From contig NC_068986.1 in assembly GCF_001194135.2 (NCBI RefSeq), forward strand, positions 8,187,167 through 8,251,166: a DNA stretch of 64,000 nucleotides, given 5' to 3'. The notes under the pieces are model-generated. The model ran no database searches, had not been told where the DNA came from, and worked only from the letters and a program-made list of their open reading frames with translations. Source of the stretch: Octopus bimaculoides (lineage: Eukaryota). How positions within the stretch are numbered: position 1 is the stretch's first letter; every line of letters begins with the position of its first letter. The position numbers and the translations under genes are program-made. This document shows, in pieces, positions 14,104 to 27,960 of this stretch.

Positions 14104-14295
14104 TTGGCACGAGGCCAGCAATTTCAGAGAAGGGTAAGTCGATTACATCAATCGCAAGGCTCGACTGGTACTTATTTCATCAATCACGCAATGATGAGAG
14201 GTAAAGTCTGCCTCCACGGAATTTTAAATCAGAACATGAAGACGGACGAATTGCCGCTCAACATTTTGTCTGGGGTGCAAATGATTCTGTCACGT
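14104..14295 (-). mobile_element. tRNA-derived SINE (family A), decayed
   Basis: AAGTCGATT..ACTGGTACTTATTT..AGGTAAAGTC..TCAGAAC blocks shared with other family A copies. Confidence 0.7.
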
Positions 14296-14480
14296 TTGCA
14301 TTTTATCCGTTTCATTCTGAAGCCATTCCTGAAGAATTATTCATGAGAAAATAGATCTGGTGGCTTCATTTTAAGTCAGCTGACTATTATATATATGTGT
14401 GTGCCTGTTTGTATGTAGATATATGTGTCTTATGTGAACATACATGTATGTGTATGTATATATGTCTATATATATATATG

Positions 14481-14532
<52 letters not shown>

Positions 14533-15552
14533 GAGAGAGGGGAGGGAGAGAGATATAGCTAAGTAGCTGGATAGATAGATAGATAGATAGATATTTTTTT
14601 ATATTTTTCTCTATGAATAAATTTATCCTTCTTTAAGGTAGATTAAAATACCAAAGTGCAAATTTAAAATCATACAACAAAAATCTATAAACGAGATAAA
14701 TCTAATAGTATTTTCATTAAACATTATGCAGTGAAGCAGTTATCTCCAGCAATAAAACTACATATAGGTGTTGCAAACTATAAAAATTCCATTTTCCTGA
14801 AAAATAATTGATCGATTTTTAATTAGTGCTTACAAATAAAGGAAAGTGTAAAACAATAAATTACATATGTTTTCATTAAAATTATTAAACATTGAAACCT
14901 AACTGAAGGAATTATTAATAAAACTTTTAGAAAGCAGACAATTGCAATTTTATTTCAACAAAACAAAAAGCGGCCGAAATAGAGTAAACAAGAAATAAAT
15001 TGGTACTAATATGTCCGACAATAACCCAGTGAAAGAAATAAATGGTAAGTCTGGAACATTAATTGCTTTTATTATAAAACATAATTACTTTAGATAAACA
15101 AAGCAAATAAGAATTATCCTTTTAGTTCTGAATGCAAAACATATATTTTATATCAAGTTAGTTTAATAACCGATATCTCATTTACAGACTACAAAATACT
15201 AACGCATTACAATTCTAAGAGTTAATGTAATAGATAGACTAGCTTCACAAAGCACATTTTATGCGCTTCGTTGATTATTTTAATTCTGTTCCTCTTATAT
15301 TTGATGAGTTGGAGTTGAACATTCCAATAATTTACAGTTTGGTCTTTTTCATGGTATCTTACAGAAAGTACAGCATCATTGTTGGCGATAGAAACCAATA
15401 TGCAAATATAATTTCGACTAGATGAATAGTAGAATTCTCAAAATGGTCTGAAAGTATATCAGAATTAATGACACAATCATCATCATTATCATCATTATTA
15501 TTATTGCTTTTGTTATTATTATTATTGTCATTATTATTATTGCTATTATCAT

Positions 15553-15610
<58 letters not shown>
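15553..15610. repeat. (TAG)n microsatellite within ATT/ATC low-complexity sequence
   Basis: Directly visible. Confidence 0.97.
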
Positions 15611-15614
<4 letters not shown>

Positions 15615-15744
15615 TCGCCATCATCATCAATATTCTCCAGAGGGAATACTTAGTATCTAAAGAGAATGTAGACCCATTATACAATGCTGCACATATGTTT
15701 TGTATACAGATGCTAAGGAATTTACATTTTCTAAACCGTGTGTC

Positions 15745-15892
15745 TTCTGCTGATGCCTAACCAACTTCTGCTGATACCTAACCAACTTCTGCTGATACCT
15801 AACCAACTTCTGCTGATACCTAACCAACTTCTGCTGATACCTAACCAACTTCTGCTGATACCTAACCAACTTCTGCTGATACCTAACCAACT
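15745..15892. repeat. 21-bp minisatellite (TTCTGCTGATACCTAACCAAC), about 7 copies
   Basis: Near-identical head-to-tail units with no spacers, ending near the gap at 15907. Confidence 0.95.
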
Positions 15893-15916
15893 TATTGTAT
15901 GCGTCTNNNNNNNNNN

Positions 15917-15998
<82 letters not shown>

Positions 15999-16152
15999 CC
16001 TTTGTGTCTGTGTGTGTACATATATGTATGCATGCATAATATAGCTTCATATTTACATGTATATGTATCTATAATTATGTACGTATGTACAAGTACACAC
16101 ACACGCACGCATGCACATACATATATATTTATATATACACATATATATTTAC

Positions 16153-16190
<38 letters not shown>

Positions 16191-17035
16191 ATGCATGTTA
16201 TATGCATATATGTATATGTATATATACATCTGCGTGTGTACATATGTGTGTACATGTGTGTACATATGTGTTATTTCTGCTTTGTATTTTTACCCATTCC
16301 TGGCACTTTTACCTCGTATCGTATTGGGATTTATTGCCTCCTACCAACATCTTTCGTTTCTTGTTACTTTTTCAACAATTTTTTTGTGTTTTTTTTTTGT
16401 TGTTTTTTTTTGGTGGGGGGTTACCTTTCTTCTCTCTCTAAACTCTGTTGTGCATTTACGAAACCATTCCTGAGAGGTCCAGGAGATATATATTTAGACT
16501 GTCACTATGACTATATATTACCACCCCGTCATAGCATCAACACGCTGGACACTCAGCCTTATTTCGCTTTGTTCATTCTGTAAATTGCCTGACCATGATA
16601 GTGGAGATACAATATAACAACCGTGCTGATAACGCCTTTCAATTCAGGAACATGTGTCCATAGAGACATGTCAAATTTGAAAAATACTTCATTCATATTA
16701 TTATCTTCCCTACTAACTTGAAGTTGGCTGTAACTGCTATCAAGGATGTTCTCGCCTCTCTCTGGAGGCGGAGATACTTTTTGATATCATTTAATAAACA
16801 ATCACTCATATTTTGGGGTTTTTTTATCACTGACCATCCTGAGTTATTGAGTTTGTGTTCCTGTACAATCTACAAAGTCCTACTCACTTGTGAGTATGAC
16901 TTGCGAGTATGACGTGGCAGGTTGTTCGTTACTCTCCGCAAAGTGGTCATCGAGTTGCACTCGGGGAACTGAATAAAATGGAATAATATTAGAGGAAATT
17001 TATTCATTCGTACGTGCACAGAAACACATAGATGC

Positions 17036-17345
17036 AGTAAAGGCGGGTAGTTTAGCGGTTAAGGCATTTGGCTCATGACCGTAAGATTGTGAGTTCGAGT
17101 TCCAGCCATGCGTTATGTCCTTGAGGAAGATGTTGTTCTAGTCCACTCAGCTGGCACAAATGAGCTGTACCTGTAATACAAAGGGAACCAGCCTTATCAC
17201 ATCCCCTGTCATGCTGAATCAACCCGAGAACCACATTAAGAGTACGCGTGTCTGTGGAGTATTCAGCCACTTGCACGTTAATTTCACGAATAGGCTGTCA
17301 CGTTGATCGGATCAAAGTGGAACATTCGTCGTCGTAACCGACGAA
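17036..17345 (+). mobile_element. tRNA-derived SINE (family D head, shared 3' tail)
   Basis: A/B-box-like head (GTGAGTTCGAGTTCC), TGTCCTTGAG block, tail CAGCCACTTGCACGTTAATTTCACG..TCGTCGTCGTAACCGACG. Confidence 0.85.
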
Positions 17346-17365
17346 AGGTCAGTCTACATATATAT

Positions 17366-17410
<45 letters not shown>

Positions 17411-17699
17411 NNNNNNNNNNNNNNNNNNNNNNNNNNNNNNNNNNNNNNNNNNNNNNNNNNNNNNNNNNNNNNNNNNNNNNNNNNNNNNNNNNNNNNNNNN
17501 NNNNNNNNNNNNNNNNNNNNNNNNNNNNNNNNNNNNNNNNNNNNNATATATATATATATATATATACACGCACTCAATAGCACATAAATACAATACGTAT
17601 AGATTCATACTTATATATATTATACAAACACGCACTCAAACACATATAGAAATATACATAGGCACTATCAAGTTCTTAATATCATGCATTTGCAACGAC

Positions 17700-17900
17700 G
17701 GAATTTTGGGTTCAACTCCGCAGCAAGGCACCATGGGGAGGTGCTTTATGCTTTAGTCAACCGATCTCTTGCTGGTTGTCTTTAGTTTATGAAAACTGTG
17801 CATATATGTGTGTGTGTGTGTGTGTGTCTGTGTGTGTGTGTTTGTGTGTGTGTGTGTTCTTTTGGAAGAACCGTCGTAAGAGACCCTAGCGGGAGCTGAC
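17700..17900 (+). mobile_element. Decayed SINE (family B with internal GT tract)
   Basis: GGGTTCAACTCC..GGCACCATGGGGAGGTGCT head followed by (GT)n. Confidence 0.5.
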
Positions 17901-18073
17901 CGGCAGAAGCCATATCCCCTCACCACCACCAGCACAAGTGTAATACAAGTGTAAATTATTGGATAATGGGAGGAGTAAGCTTTAAACAGGTTCCGTAATA
18001 CGTCCACAAATCGAAACATGACTTGACGTTACTAAAGTCTCTATATTCATGACTCATGTGTGTGTGAGAGTGT

Positions 18074-18104
<31 letters not shown>

Positions 18105-19919
18105 AATGAGTATGTGTATGTGTGTGTGTGTGTATATGTTCGCGCGTGTGTTTATGTGCACTAGAAAAATTACTGCATTTAAAATATCATTAATAATATC
18201 GTTTGTAATAATTTCCAATTCCTATTTTTATATTTTGTGCAAGGTAGGAGACTTTCTAACCGTATTAGACAAATTTAGTTTTTGCTGATACAAAAAATAG
18301 TGATTGACAAATCACTGGTGTTGCAAAATAAGCGGCTGGCGGTGTAAAAAGTCGATATTTAGTGACGGAGGCAGTATTATGGCAAAAACAAATATTGCAG
18401 TTTTCTAGCTTTCTGGACACATTAAGTAGGATATAAAGAAAACTGTTCTGAGCCAATATTGTTTTCATCACCAATAACAAATCTTTATCCAGCCTGCCGG
18501 GTATTTTCAAAACCAGTGGTTTGTTAATCACTGTTTCTCTATTTTAGAAGAGGTTAAATTTGTCAAAACACACGCTTAATAGTGGACGTTTACTACTGAT
18601 GATGCACAAAGATGCAGAAATCTAGATTTAACATCTCCACTGCCGCTGCTGGACTCTTTTTCCACTGCCACTGATATTCTCCAGTATCTTTTAGCAAATG
18701 CTCTCTCGATACAAGCACCGCTGTTTTCTGGCTTTCTACCATATATCTGCGTTAAGTCGGGTATACAGAATGCTACTTTGAACTAATATTGCTTATATAT
18801 AAATAGCGAATAAGCACACGCACACACACGCACACACACACACACGCACACGCTCACATGCACATATACACACACATATAATACACATTTTGCAATGTAC
18901 AAGGAAAAGCAGAAAAATCTCGTGCTTTACAGTTTGACAAATATTTCACCAGTAACGACGGGTTGTGCATCTGTCCAATCTCTAAAAGAAAACCAAAACG
19001 ATTCGCTACAAGACGATACTGTTACCGCCTGCATATTTTCACAGACACCACAACAATGGTCATAGAAAATATGGGAGGTCTTAACCCTCACTTTGTATAT
19101 ATTAATATATACTTAGAACAATTGTATGATTAGCAAAATGATTCATACAAAATGAGTGAGTTACGCTGTTCTGTTTCGAACACATTCTATTCCCCTCTTT
19201 CACTCTCCCTCTCCTTATAGCAATTTTTCTATATATACCTCTGAACACATAATGCCTCCAAACACTCTTATGTGAATATACATACTCATGCACATATATA
19301 GATGGATAGATAGATAGATAGATAGATAGATGTGCAGAGAATGAGAACGTACATGGGCGAGGCAAAGAGAGGGAGAGAAATAGAGGCATCGATAAGCTAT
19401 ATGCCCGTATATATGTACGTATAGCCGCATATATTTGTTCACTGAATTCATGTATTTACCTTTCTATATCTCTTCCTGCATTCCTACCTATCATTCTATC
19501 TATCTCTAAATATACGTGTCTATCTTTCTAACTTTCTATTCACTTATCTAGCAACTTCGCTCACTATACATTTGTCTCCGTCTCATTAGCTACGGAAGTT
19601 AACATGCTTTTCTTTTCTCTTCTTGTAGTTTCCATTTCTGTGTTCTTAATAAAATTTTCAATGTAAACATTTCAAAGTAATTATGGCACACTCCTATCAT
19701 TCAATGCAAATCTATTGCCGTACGTAAATGTCTGGAAATGCAATACGTTTTGAATTGAATATTACCGAAAATTAAATGTATTTTGTTATACTTTAAATAT
19801 ATTTCATTAACATTTTCAATGCTTTTATGTACAAATATATTTACCACCATTATTAACGTTAAGGATAGAGTCGTATTAATAGCAGTAATATAATACTACT
19901 CGTACTCGAAGCAATTACA

Positions 19920-19920
<1 letters not shown>

Positions 19921-19980
<60 letters not shown>
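19921..19980. repeat. (ATT)n microsatellite
   Basis: Directly visible. Confidence 0.97.
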
Positions 19981-19981
<1 letters not shown>

Positions 19982-20955
19982 CATATTTTTTTTATTATTA
20001 TTGATTTGACTCAGGTTCGTTCTTATTCCAAGTAGAATTCATGTGGGTAGCTGATTACTGCCCGTAACCTTATCTTTCAATGGTCTTTCAAATGCTTAAA
20101 ACTTTCCTGATAATCTTTCCTGTCCCTAATAAGCAAACTTTCTCTAAAAGCTCTACAGGACATTCTATTCCTATTTCCTTCAACCATTTCTCTATAACAT
20201 ATCTTTACTCACAGTTCCCAATGCACCAATTATTACTGACACAATTTTTACAGTTTTCATACTCTAAATTCTTGCAATTTCAAATTCTAAGGGACTGTAT
20301 TCTTTAAATTTTCATCATTAGATTATATATGTACATAAATTAAGGCGATGCTCCAGCATCACCGCAGTTCTACGACTAAAACCATAAAAATATTTTAAGG
20401 GTATGTCTTCGTAAAAACATTATCTGCTGATATTTCTTCACAAAACACCGAACTACCGAACTGTTATTGAAAAGTCACCTGTACCGATACAACAGCTGAA
20501 TCCAGTTTCAGGAAATATATTTGAAAATCAAGAGATGGCGAAAGGGACACGAATGTTTCCATGAGTGATTCTGAACAGAGAATCAACATTTAGAAATCGG
20601 TCACATATGCTACATCTATCTTACAGAAAGTGTATCACATTATTCGCCATTCCATCCGATTGTGCAATAACCACCATTAATTCCAATCTGCTGTCATATA
20701 CTCGAGCACATTTCCATGGATACAAAAGAGAAATCCTTGATGCAAGTGTTGTGATGAATTAAATATGATTTTGATAGGTTTGTCTACTCAATCAAGTCCT
20801 GTTTACGTCTTTCTACTGTTAAGCATCATCCCTTTCAATTGATAAAACTCGTCTGAATACTTATCACATACTAACACACAGTAACACATACACTCATGAA
20901 CATATCCACACTTGCAAGCATATGCACGTACTCTCACACACAGGCACGCATACAT

Positions 20956-20992
<37 letters not shown>

Positions 20993-21124
20993 CACGCGTC
21001 TGTCTGTGTATGTGTGTGTGTGTATAATTACATTTTGCATATAGGTACGTGCATATGTATGTTTAAATGTACATATATAATCATGCACATATTTACATAA
21101 CTTACAGATAAGAAAGAGATATAC

Positions 21125-21473
21125 TTATTCTTTTCTACTCTAGGCAAAAGGTCTGAAATTTTGGGGGGAAGGGGCCAGTCGATTAGATTGGCCCAAGTAC
21201 GCAACTGGTACTAAATTTATCGACCCCGAAATGATGTACGGAAAGATGAGCATGGCGGAATTCGAACTCATACCGTAAAGACAGACGAAATACCGCTAAG
21301 AATTTCGCCCGGTATGCTAATGTTTCTGTCATCTCACCGCAATTTAAAAGCTGGATGGATGAAAGGCAAAGTTGACCTGACCTCGGTGGGACGTGAACTC
21401 AGAACGTAGCAACGGCGAAATACCGCTAAACATTTCGTCCAGCGTGCTAACGACTCCTGCCAGCTCGCCGCCT
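21125..21473 (-). mobile_element. tRNA-derived SINE (family A) with tandemly duplicated head
   Basis: The minus strand starts GGCGGCGAGCTGGCAGG..GTTAGCACG. The block GAACTCA..ACGT..CGAAATACCGCTAA..ATTTCG occurs twice (about 21260-21330 and 21395-21460). Confidence 0.85.
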
Positions 21474-21559
21474 TAATAATAAGTAGCAGAAGTACTCGGG
21501 ATTCAAATACTACAATGTTTCTGATAATAAATAAATTTCCTATGTCATAAATAACGTTA

Positions 21560-21865
21560 ACACCAATTTGTAACAAAATTGGCCACTTATTGTAACAAAA
21601 TTGTCGCAAATTGTAGCAAAATTGGTCGCCGGTTAACACTGACGCCAAGCGGTAACAGTTTGATAGGAAGTCGTGAGAAGAACTTTAATGCATTTTCAGG
21701 TTATGTAACAACCACGGGTGAAGTAAACCTGGAAAGGGCTTTTTTGTCGTTCTCACAGCGGTAACAATTTGATAAGAAGCTCCGATAAGGGTTGTAATGC
21801 GTTTTCAGGTTGTGTAACAATCGTATGTAAAGTGGCCCTGAAAAGGGGCTTTTTTGTTTACACCG
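21560..21865. repeat. Three short TTGTA(A/G)CAAAATTG repeats followed by a diverged ~109-bp tandem dimer
   Basis: Units start at GCGGTAACA (21649 and 21758), share TTTTCAGGTT.TGTAACAA and end in GGGCTTTTTTGT. Confidence 0.75.
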
Positions 21866-22555
21866 AAAGCAACGGAACTATTGCTGTGAAATATGAAACT
21901 CTGTGAAAACAGATGACAAACCCAGGTTGGACAAAAGAAAGGAAACATGGTTGAGGAAAGTTAGTTGCTTTGAAATCATGACTAGAGTAGCAACCACATA
22001 TCAGGTCTGCAAGGCTGCACTGGTGTAGTGGAGGCATAGAGGTTCACGAATTTGAAAGCAGTTGGTGCGTGAAGTGCCTACAACACCTCTCTCTCTAGAC
22101 TACAATAATAATAATGATAATCTGTAATAGAATTTTTAACTTGACACAAATTTGAAAATATTAAAAGATTTAAAATTTCGGACTTTGTCTTTCGTTCGTT
22201 TTATTTCTGTAAACTGGTTTTAGTTATTTTTGTCGATGCCTACATTTTTCTTCCAAAGTTACGATCAAAATACATCTGGCCATAATCATCCAGTCTTATT
22301 TCCAGAAATCGTGGATTCATGACGACATAATTCCTTTAATGTGGCAGTGTGAGATTTGGGTGTTATTTCTAGTAGATCAGGTAAAAGGATTTATTTTCAC
22401 GGTAGTAATATAATACGGAGATTTCTGACATAGAAACTGGAGGACGGTTACCGAAAATATCAATATGTTAGACCAACATCTCTAAATAATCCGAACAAAA
22501 CAGCCATCATATGTCTCACACATTTATACCATAACGTTATGGATTCAACTATTTG

Positions 22556-22759
22556 TAAGAGAGGGTTTTGAAAAGTTCCTGGCTTTAAGGATGACGTGAA
22601 AGGCCTGTTTGGAGGCCCAAACTTTACAGGGCTTAGAAAAACTGAAGGACTGCTGCAATAAATGTGTGAATCTGAAAGGGGAATAAAATCATGATTAATT
22701 GATCTTCCTGCATTTTGCTTTTTTACCCAAAGCCAGGAATTTTTCAGCACTCCCTCGTA
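22556..22759 (+). mobile_element. Mariner-derived MITE
   Basis: TIRs GAGGG..TGAAAAGTTCCTGGCTTT / AAAGCCAGGAATTTTTCAGCACTCCCTCG-TA. The interior retains a transposase C-terminal trace (KDCCNKCVNLKGE). Confidence 0.85.
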
Positions 22760-22937
22760 TATATGTACAATTAATTACCTGCCTAGCTTTCTCTATTTCA
22801 CCCCCTCTCTCTCGCTCCCCTCTCTTTCTCTCTCCCCCTCTTCCTTTCTCTATCTATCTTCCTATCCCACTCATTCTTTTTCTTTGTATGTAAACGTGAG
22901 AGTGTTCATATCAGCGTCACTATAACACACACACACA

Positions 22938-22980
<43 letters not shown>

Positions 22981-23278
22981 TTGTCATCGCAGTATCGAAC
23001 AACATTGCATTGTATGCGAGTGTGACTCTTTATGACGTGGGAGATTTTAAGTATTCGATCGATACAGATCAATAAAATAACCACCAGACGAAAGTATTGG
23101 AACTGTAATAATCGACTGCATGTCTGACGGTGAGCTTCGAGATATGACTGCAGTCCAGTGACTGGAACCTATTCTCTATATTTGAATATCTGTAGGTACT
23201 GTACATATTCATATCTACATATATACATATAAATATATAGTCGTACATGTAGCTTGAGTATGTATATATACGCACGCA

Positions 23279-23309
<31 letters not shown>

Positions 23310-24179
23310 NNNNNNNNNNNNNNNNNNNNNNNNNNNNNNNNNNNNNNNNNNNNNNNNNNNNNNNNNNNNNNNNNNNNNNNNNNNNNNNNNNNNNNNNNNN
23401 NNNNNNNNNNNNNNNNNNNNNNNNNNNNNNNNNNNNNNNNNNNNNNNNNNNNNNNNNNNNNNNNNNNNNNNNNNNNNNNNNNNNNNNNNNNNNNNNNNNN
23501 NNNNNNNNNNNNNNNNNNNNNNNNNNNNNNNNNNNNNNNNNNNNNNNNNNNNNNNNNNNNNNNNNNNNNNNNNNNNNNNNNNNNNNNNNNNNNNNNNNNN
23601 NNNNNNNNNNNNNNNNNNNNNNNNNNNNNNNNNNNNNNNNNNNNNNNNNNNNNNNNNNNNNNNNNNNNNNNNNNNNNNNNNNNNNNNNNNNNNNNNNNNN
23701 NNNNNNNNNNNNNNNNNNNNNNNNNNNNNNNNNNNNNNNNNNNNNNNNNNNNNNNNNNNNNNNNNNNNNNNNNNNNNNNNNNNNNNNNNNNNNNNNNNNN
23801 NNNNNNNNNNNNNNNNNNNNNNNNNNNNNNNNNNNNNNNNNNNNNNNNNNNNNNNNNNNNNNNNNNNNNNNNNNNNNNNNNNNNNNNNNNNNNNNNNNNN
23901 NNNNNNNNNNNNNNNNNNNNNNNNNNNNNNNNNNNNNNNNNNNNNNNNNNNNNNNNNNNNNNNNNNNNNNNNNNNNNNNNNNNNNNNNNNNNNNNNNNNN
24001 NNNNNAACTATTTCGTAATAGCTTTCTTTCCGTCCATATCTTCCAACAAGTTGCTGCCGCTTTCTTGCCTTTTGCAAATAAAAATGCATGAGGCGTTAAT
24101 GTTTATTTTCGTTCTCCATTTTCATGGTGATCCCAAGCACATGAGATACGACCTGTCTCGCGCCAATTTAGCGTAGAAC

Positions 24180-24310
24180 TACGATAAAGTGTCAAGTATC
24201 AAACGAGGTACATGCGCATACTGCAGACTGAAGTTAGCTACTCCATACAGTGCTTGAAGTTTTTTTTTTGACAAAAACCAAAAGGACTTTTGAGCCAATC
24301 CAATATATGG
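24180..24310 (-). mobile_element. Mariner-type terminal fragment
   Basis: Minus strand TATATTGGATTGGCTCAAAAGTCCTTTTGGTTTTT resembles mariner TIRs. Confidence 0.5.
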
Positions 24311-24899
24311 GCGTACTGTAGAATATTCTTTGACCATAAATATGATGCAGGAATAATACAGAAATTCTGATTCCAATCAGAAGAAACTATTTAAAAATTC
24401 TCACTCGTAATTTTGATTCTTTTGTTTCAATATTCTACAACACTTCCTCATGTTTGATGAAGAATTTTGGATTCAAATACTGTAAAACGTCTTCATATAA
24501 TTTGCATTCGGTGCCGTTCCTGAAGGATATGTTTATACTTATCAGAAATTTTGTTTTTGAATCTTATAAATAGGAATACGTTACTTACATTACCGATACT
24601 GCTTAGGTTAATTAATTTTGCTAAAGCTATGGCTGGAATTAATGTTTTCAAGACAGATCTGATAATCCGCGTTCGTACATCTAAGATACCCTAGGATAAC
24701 GCTATTTGTATTTAAATATTCGTAAATACTCCTTTTTATGTGTGTGTGGACGCGAGTGACTGAAGTTAACTTACTGCTGTTAATATTCTATTCATTCAGT
24801 TTTCACTTGCGGGTAATTCCCCGATTTAGGAGAAGGTTACATGAAGGGTGATGACTTTCTGACCATAACCAGCCATAGCCACGGAATTGCCTAATAAAT

Positions 24900-25120
24900 G
24901 ATTTATTGTATAAGTGTATAGTTAACACATACAATAGATCTTACATAGGTATAACAACCAAAAGGTTTCAACTATCCATTTTGAGAGCCAGTTATGAGGA
25001 ATACAACAAAGATTTCGGCTTATATCTGAAAATTAAAAACATCGATTTACACAACTGCTTTCGTTGCTGGACCAGTGATTGTAGCACAGTTCTTAATCCA
25101 GAATGTATACTAAACTTATG
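24900..25120 (+). mobile_element. Penelope-like GIY-YIG endonuclease remnant
   Basis: YKCIVNTYNRSYIGITTKRF matches the (V)YK...YIG.T...F spacing of PLE endonucleases. Confidence 0.6.
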
Positions 25121-25224
25121 AATAAAAGATACACAACTCTGTGCATATAACATTGCATCAAATTATAAAATTTAAACTATATAACCGATAACCATTTCTT
25201 GTTAATGAAACCCACGAAGAAGTT

Positions 25225-25690
<466 letters not shown>

Positions 25691-26147
25691 TGAACGAAGT
25701 AGAATACGAAAGATACAAAACATATACGTGTGTATGAGTGTGTGTGAGAGAGAGATAGAGAGTGCGTGCGAGCGTGTGTGTGTGTATGTTTGTGTGTGTG
25801 TGTATACATACAATTCATGCATTTACAATAATGTGAAGATTTATTTTCCCTTTTTCGGCAGTAGTGCAGCTCTGTTGTGGTAAATATAGTTTTAGTTTTG
25901 ACAGCCACCAGTTAACATCTTACATATGTTTTATTTAAACGAGTACAATGTTTCACTTTGACAATTTCCTAGAATGTATATTGTGTATATATANNNNNNN
26001 NNNNNNNNNNNNNNNNNNNNNNNNNNNNNNNNNNNNNNNNNNNNNNNNNNNNNNNNNNNNNNNNNNNNNNNNNNNNNNNNNNNNNNNNNNNNNNNNNNNN
26101 NNNNNNNNNNNNNNNNNNNNNNNNNNNNNNNNNNNNNNNNNNNNNNN

Positions 26148-26186
<39 letters not shown>

Positions 26187-27399
26187 TTCAAATTATGACT
26201 AATCTTTATAAAAAGAAATTGATGGAATGATTTTGTTTTTTAAATATATATTTACAGTTTTGTAGGGACTTTCTGCTTTCTTTCGAATATTTTCCATTGT
26301 TTAATAATGATATAAGGAATATTCCGTAATGCTATTTCCTGATGAAATCCCTTCTTTTTTTCAAACTTTGTTTTCTTCTAATTTTACGAACTATTAAAGA
26401 ATGAAAAGGATGTTGTCAGTCTGAAATTGTTTGGAAGACGTCATTACAGAATGTTCCAGTAACATGGAAGTATTAATAGAAGATGTTGTCTTTCATTTCT
26501 TCTTTTTATGCCAAGTACCGTTTATATTGTTAGAGATGTTATGTTGATGCCATGTTATTTAAATAGCATTCCAGCTATTGTAAAGAAGAACGTTTTCACA
26601 TTGGGATTTCACTTAGCAGCAATCTTTGAACAAATAAAATTGTTGATTGGAACCATGTGTGTTTAAGTTGATAAATTCAGAAATAACGACATCTACTTAT
26701 ATTTAGTCGCTCGGAAAATATTTGTCGCAAATTTTGGAAATTTCGACTATCAAAATGTTTTTTGTCATTCTTGTCGAAAAGTAGGAAATTAAAGTAAATT
26801 TCCTGAACATAAATTGACTGTGAAAAGTGAATCATACCATTTGATGATTACAGCGAAAAACTTTGGTAAGTTGTGGAGGGAGAGAGATTTCTATGCCGTT
26901 GTTCGACTGGTACAATGTAAAAGACAAAACTGTCTTAACAAATTATGTGCTATCTCTATAATGGACACTGATTTTTATGTAGCAAACTTTCGGAAAGTTA
27001 TCTTCGGAAAGCATGACACATATAGAAAGAAAAAGAACACATAATATCTTTTATTTGAACACTTTTCTGTTATGACTTGCTTCACACAAAGACAGTCTCA
27101 CATCAGTTGGTCCATACAGTTTATAATGAGTAACAGCTTTGGAATTTTAAACATTTAAAGATTATTTTCGTCTGATTGTTTTGTTTCAATAGAAATTTGG
27201 AAATTCTCTGATTATGAATCTCTGCTCATCTCTCAAGGAGAAATTTCCGATGTGCTCCCTTCTGTTTCTATTAGCGTTACTACCGTATATAAGCATTGTT
27301 GGTCAACAGACACATTGTGACACTTGCAGATTTGCAGATACAGTAAAAAAGAATATGTTGCAACATTTATAGGTTCTTTGTACCAAAGTAACGTTTTTA

Positions 27400-27960
27400 C
27401 CTCCTTATTTCAATTCTAGATAAATATCGTCAGAACCACTTCTGATGTGGAAATAAATTGTAGACATTTCTGGGATTCTACCAGAATGCTAGCAGGAAAA
27501 ATATTGATTTACTCTTACACAATAAACTTCATGAGAAATACGTTCCATGGCGGTTTAATATTCTCTAACTCAGCCTCCCTTGTTGTAAGTATCATGCATT
27601 TTGCTATATCTTTTATATTCCTCATCATGTTTAAAGAAATGATTTGATTATTGATTGATGTTAACGTACTGTAGTTTTTTTCCCTCGTTTCACAATAAGA
27701 TAGGAACACTTAATTGAACGGAACTCCATCCCATTCTCTTCTGAATCTGTTGTAACTAGACCAACGCTCTTCATCAAGTAATAGATATTTTCGTAAAACT
27801 CCTTCATGTCGTCAATCGATTTCTACGAATCGAATTCTTATCACCAAAACAATCAGGTGTCCACTACCAATATAAGCAATCTCAAAGGCAAATTGTCACC
27901 TAAAAATTGATCCCAGCGATGGATAATCTTTCCCGTCTCAATGAAATCATTTTCTTTTTG
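27400..27960 (-). mobile_element. Decayed R4/Dong-type reverse transcriptase fragment
   Basis: Minus strand IDDMKEFYENIYYLMKSVGLVTTDSEENGMEFRSIKCSYLIVKRGK resembles the MDDLK...DIGMEFG..KC....KRGK segment. Confidence 0.65.

Noticed and set aside
15745-15892. 21-bp array as a CRISPR array or telomeric repeat
   Set aside because: The units are contiguous with no spacers, and the CCTAACC inside each unit is not a tandem TTAGGG array.
24588-24700. Minus-strand exon ending at GTAAGT (DVRTRIIRSVLKTLIPAIALAKLINLSSIGN)
   Set aside because: Weak acceptor, no recognisable peptide and no neighbouring compatible exons.
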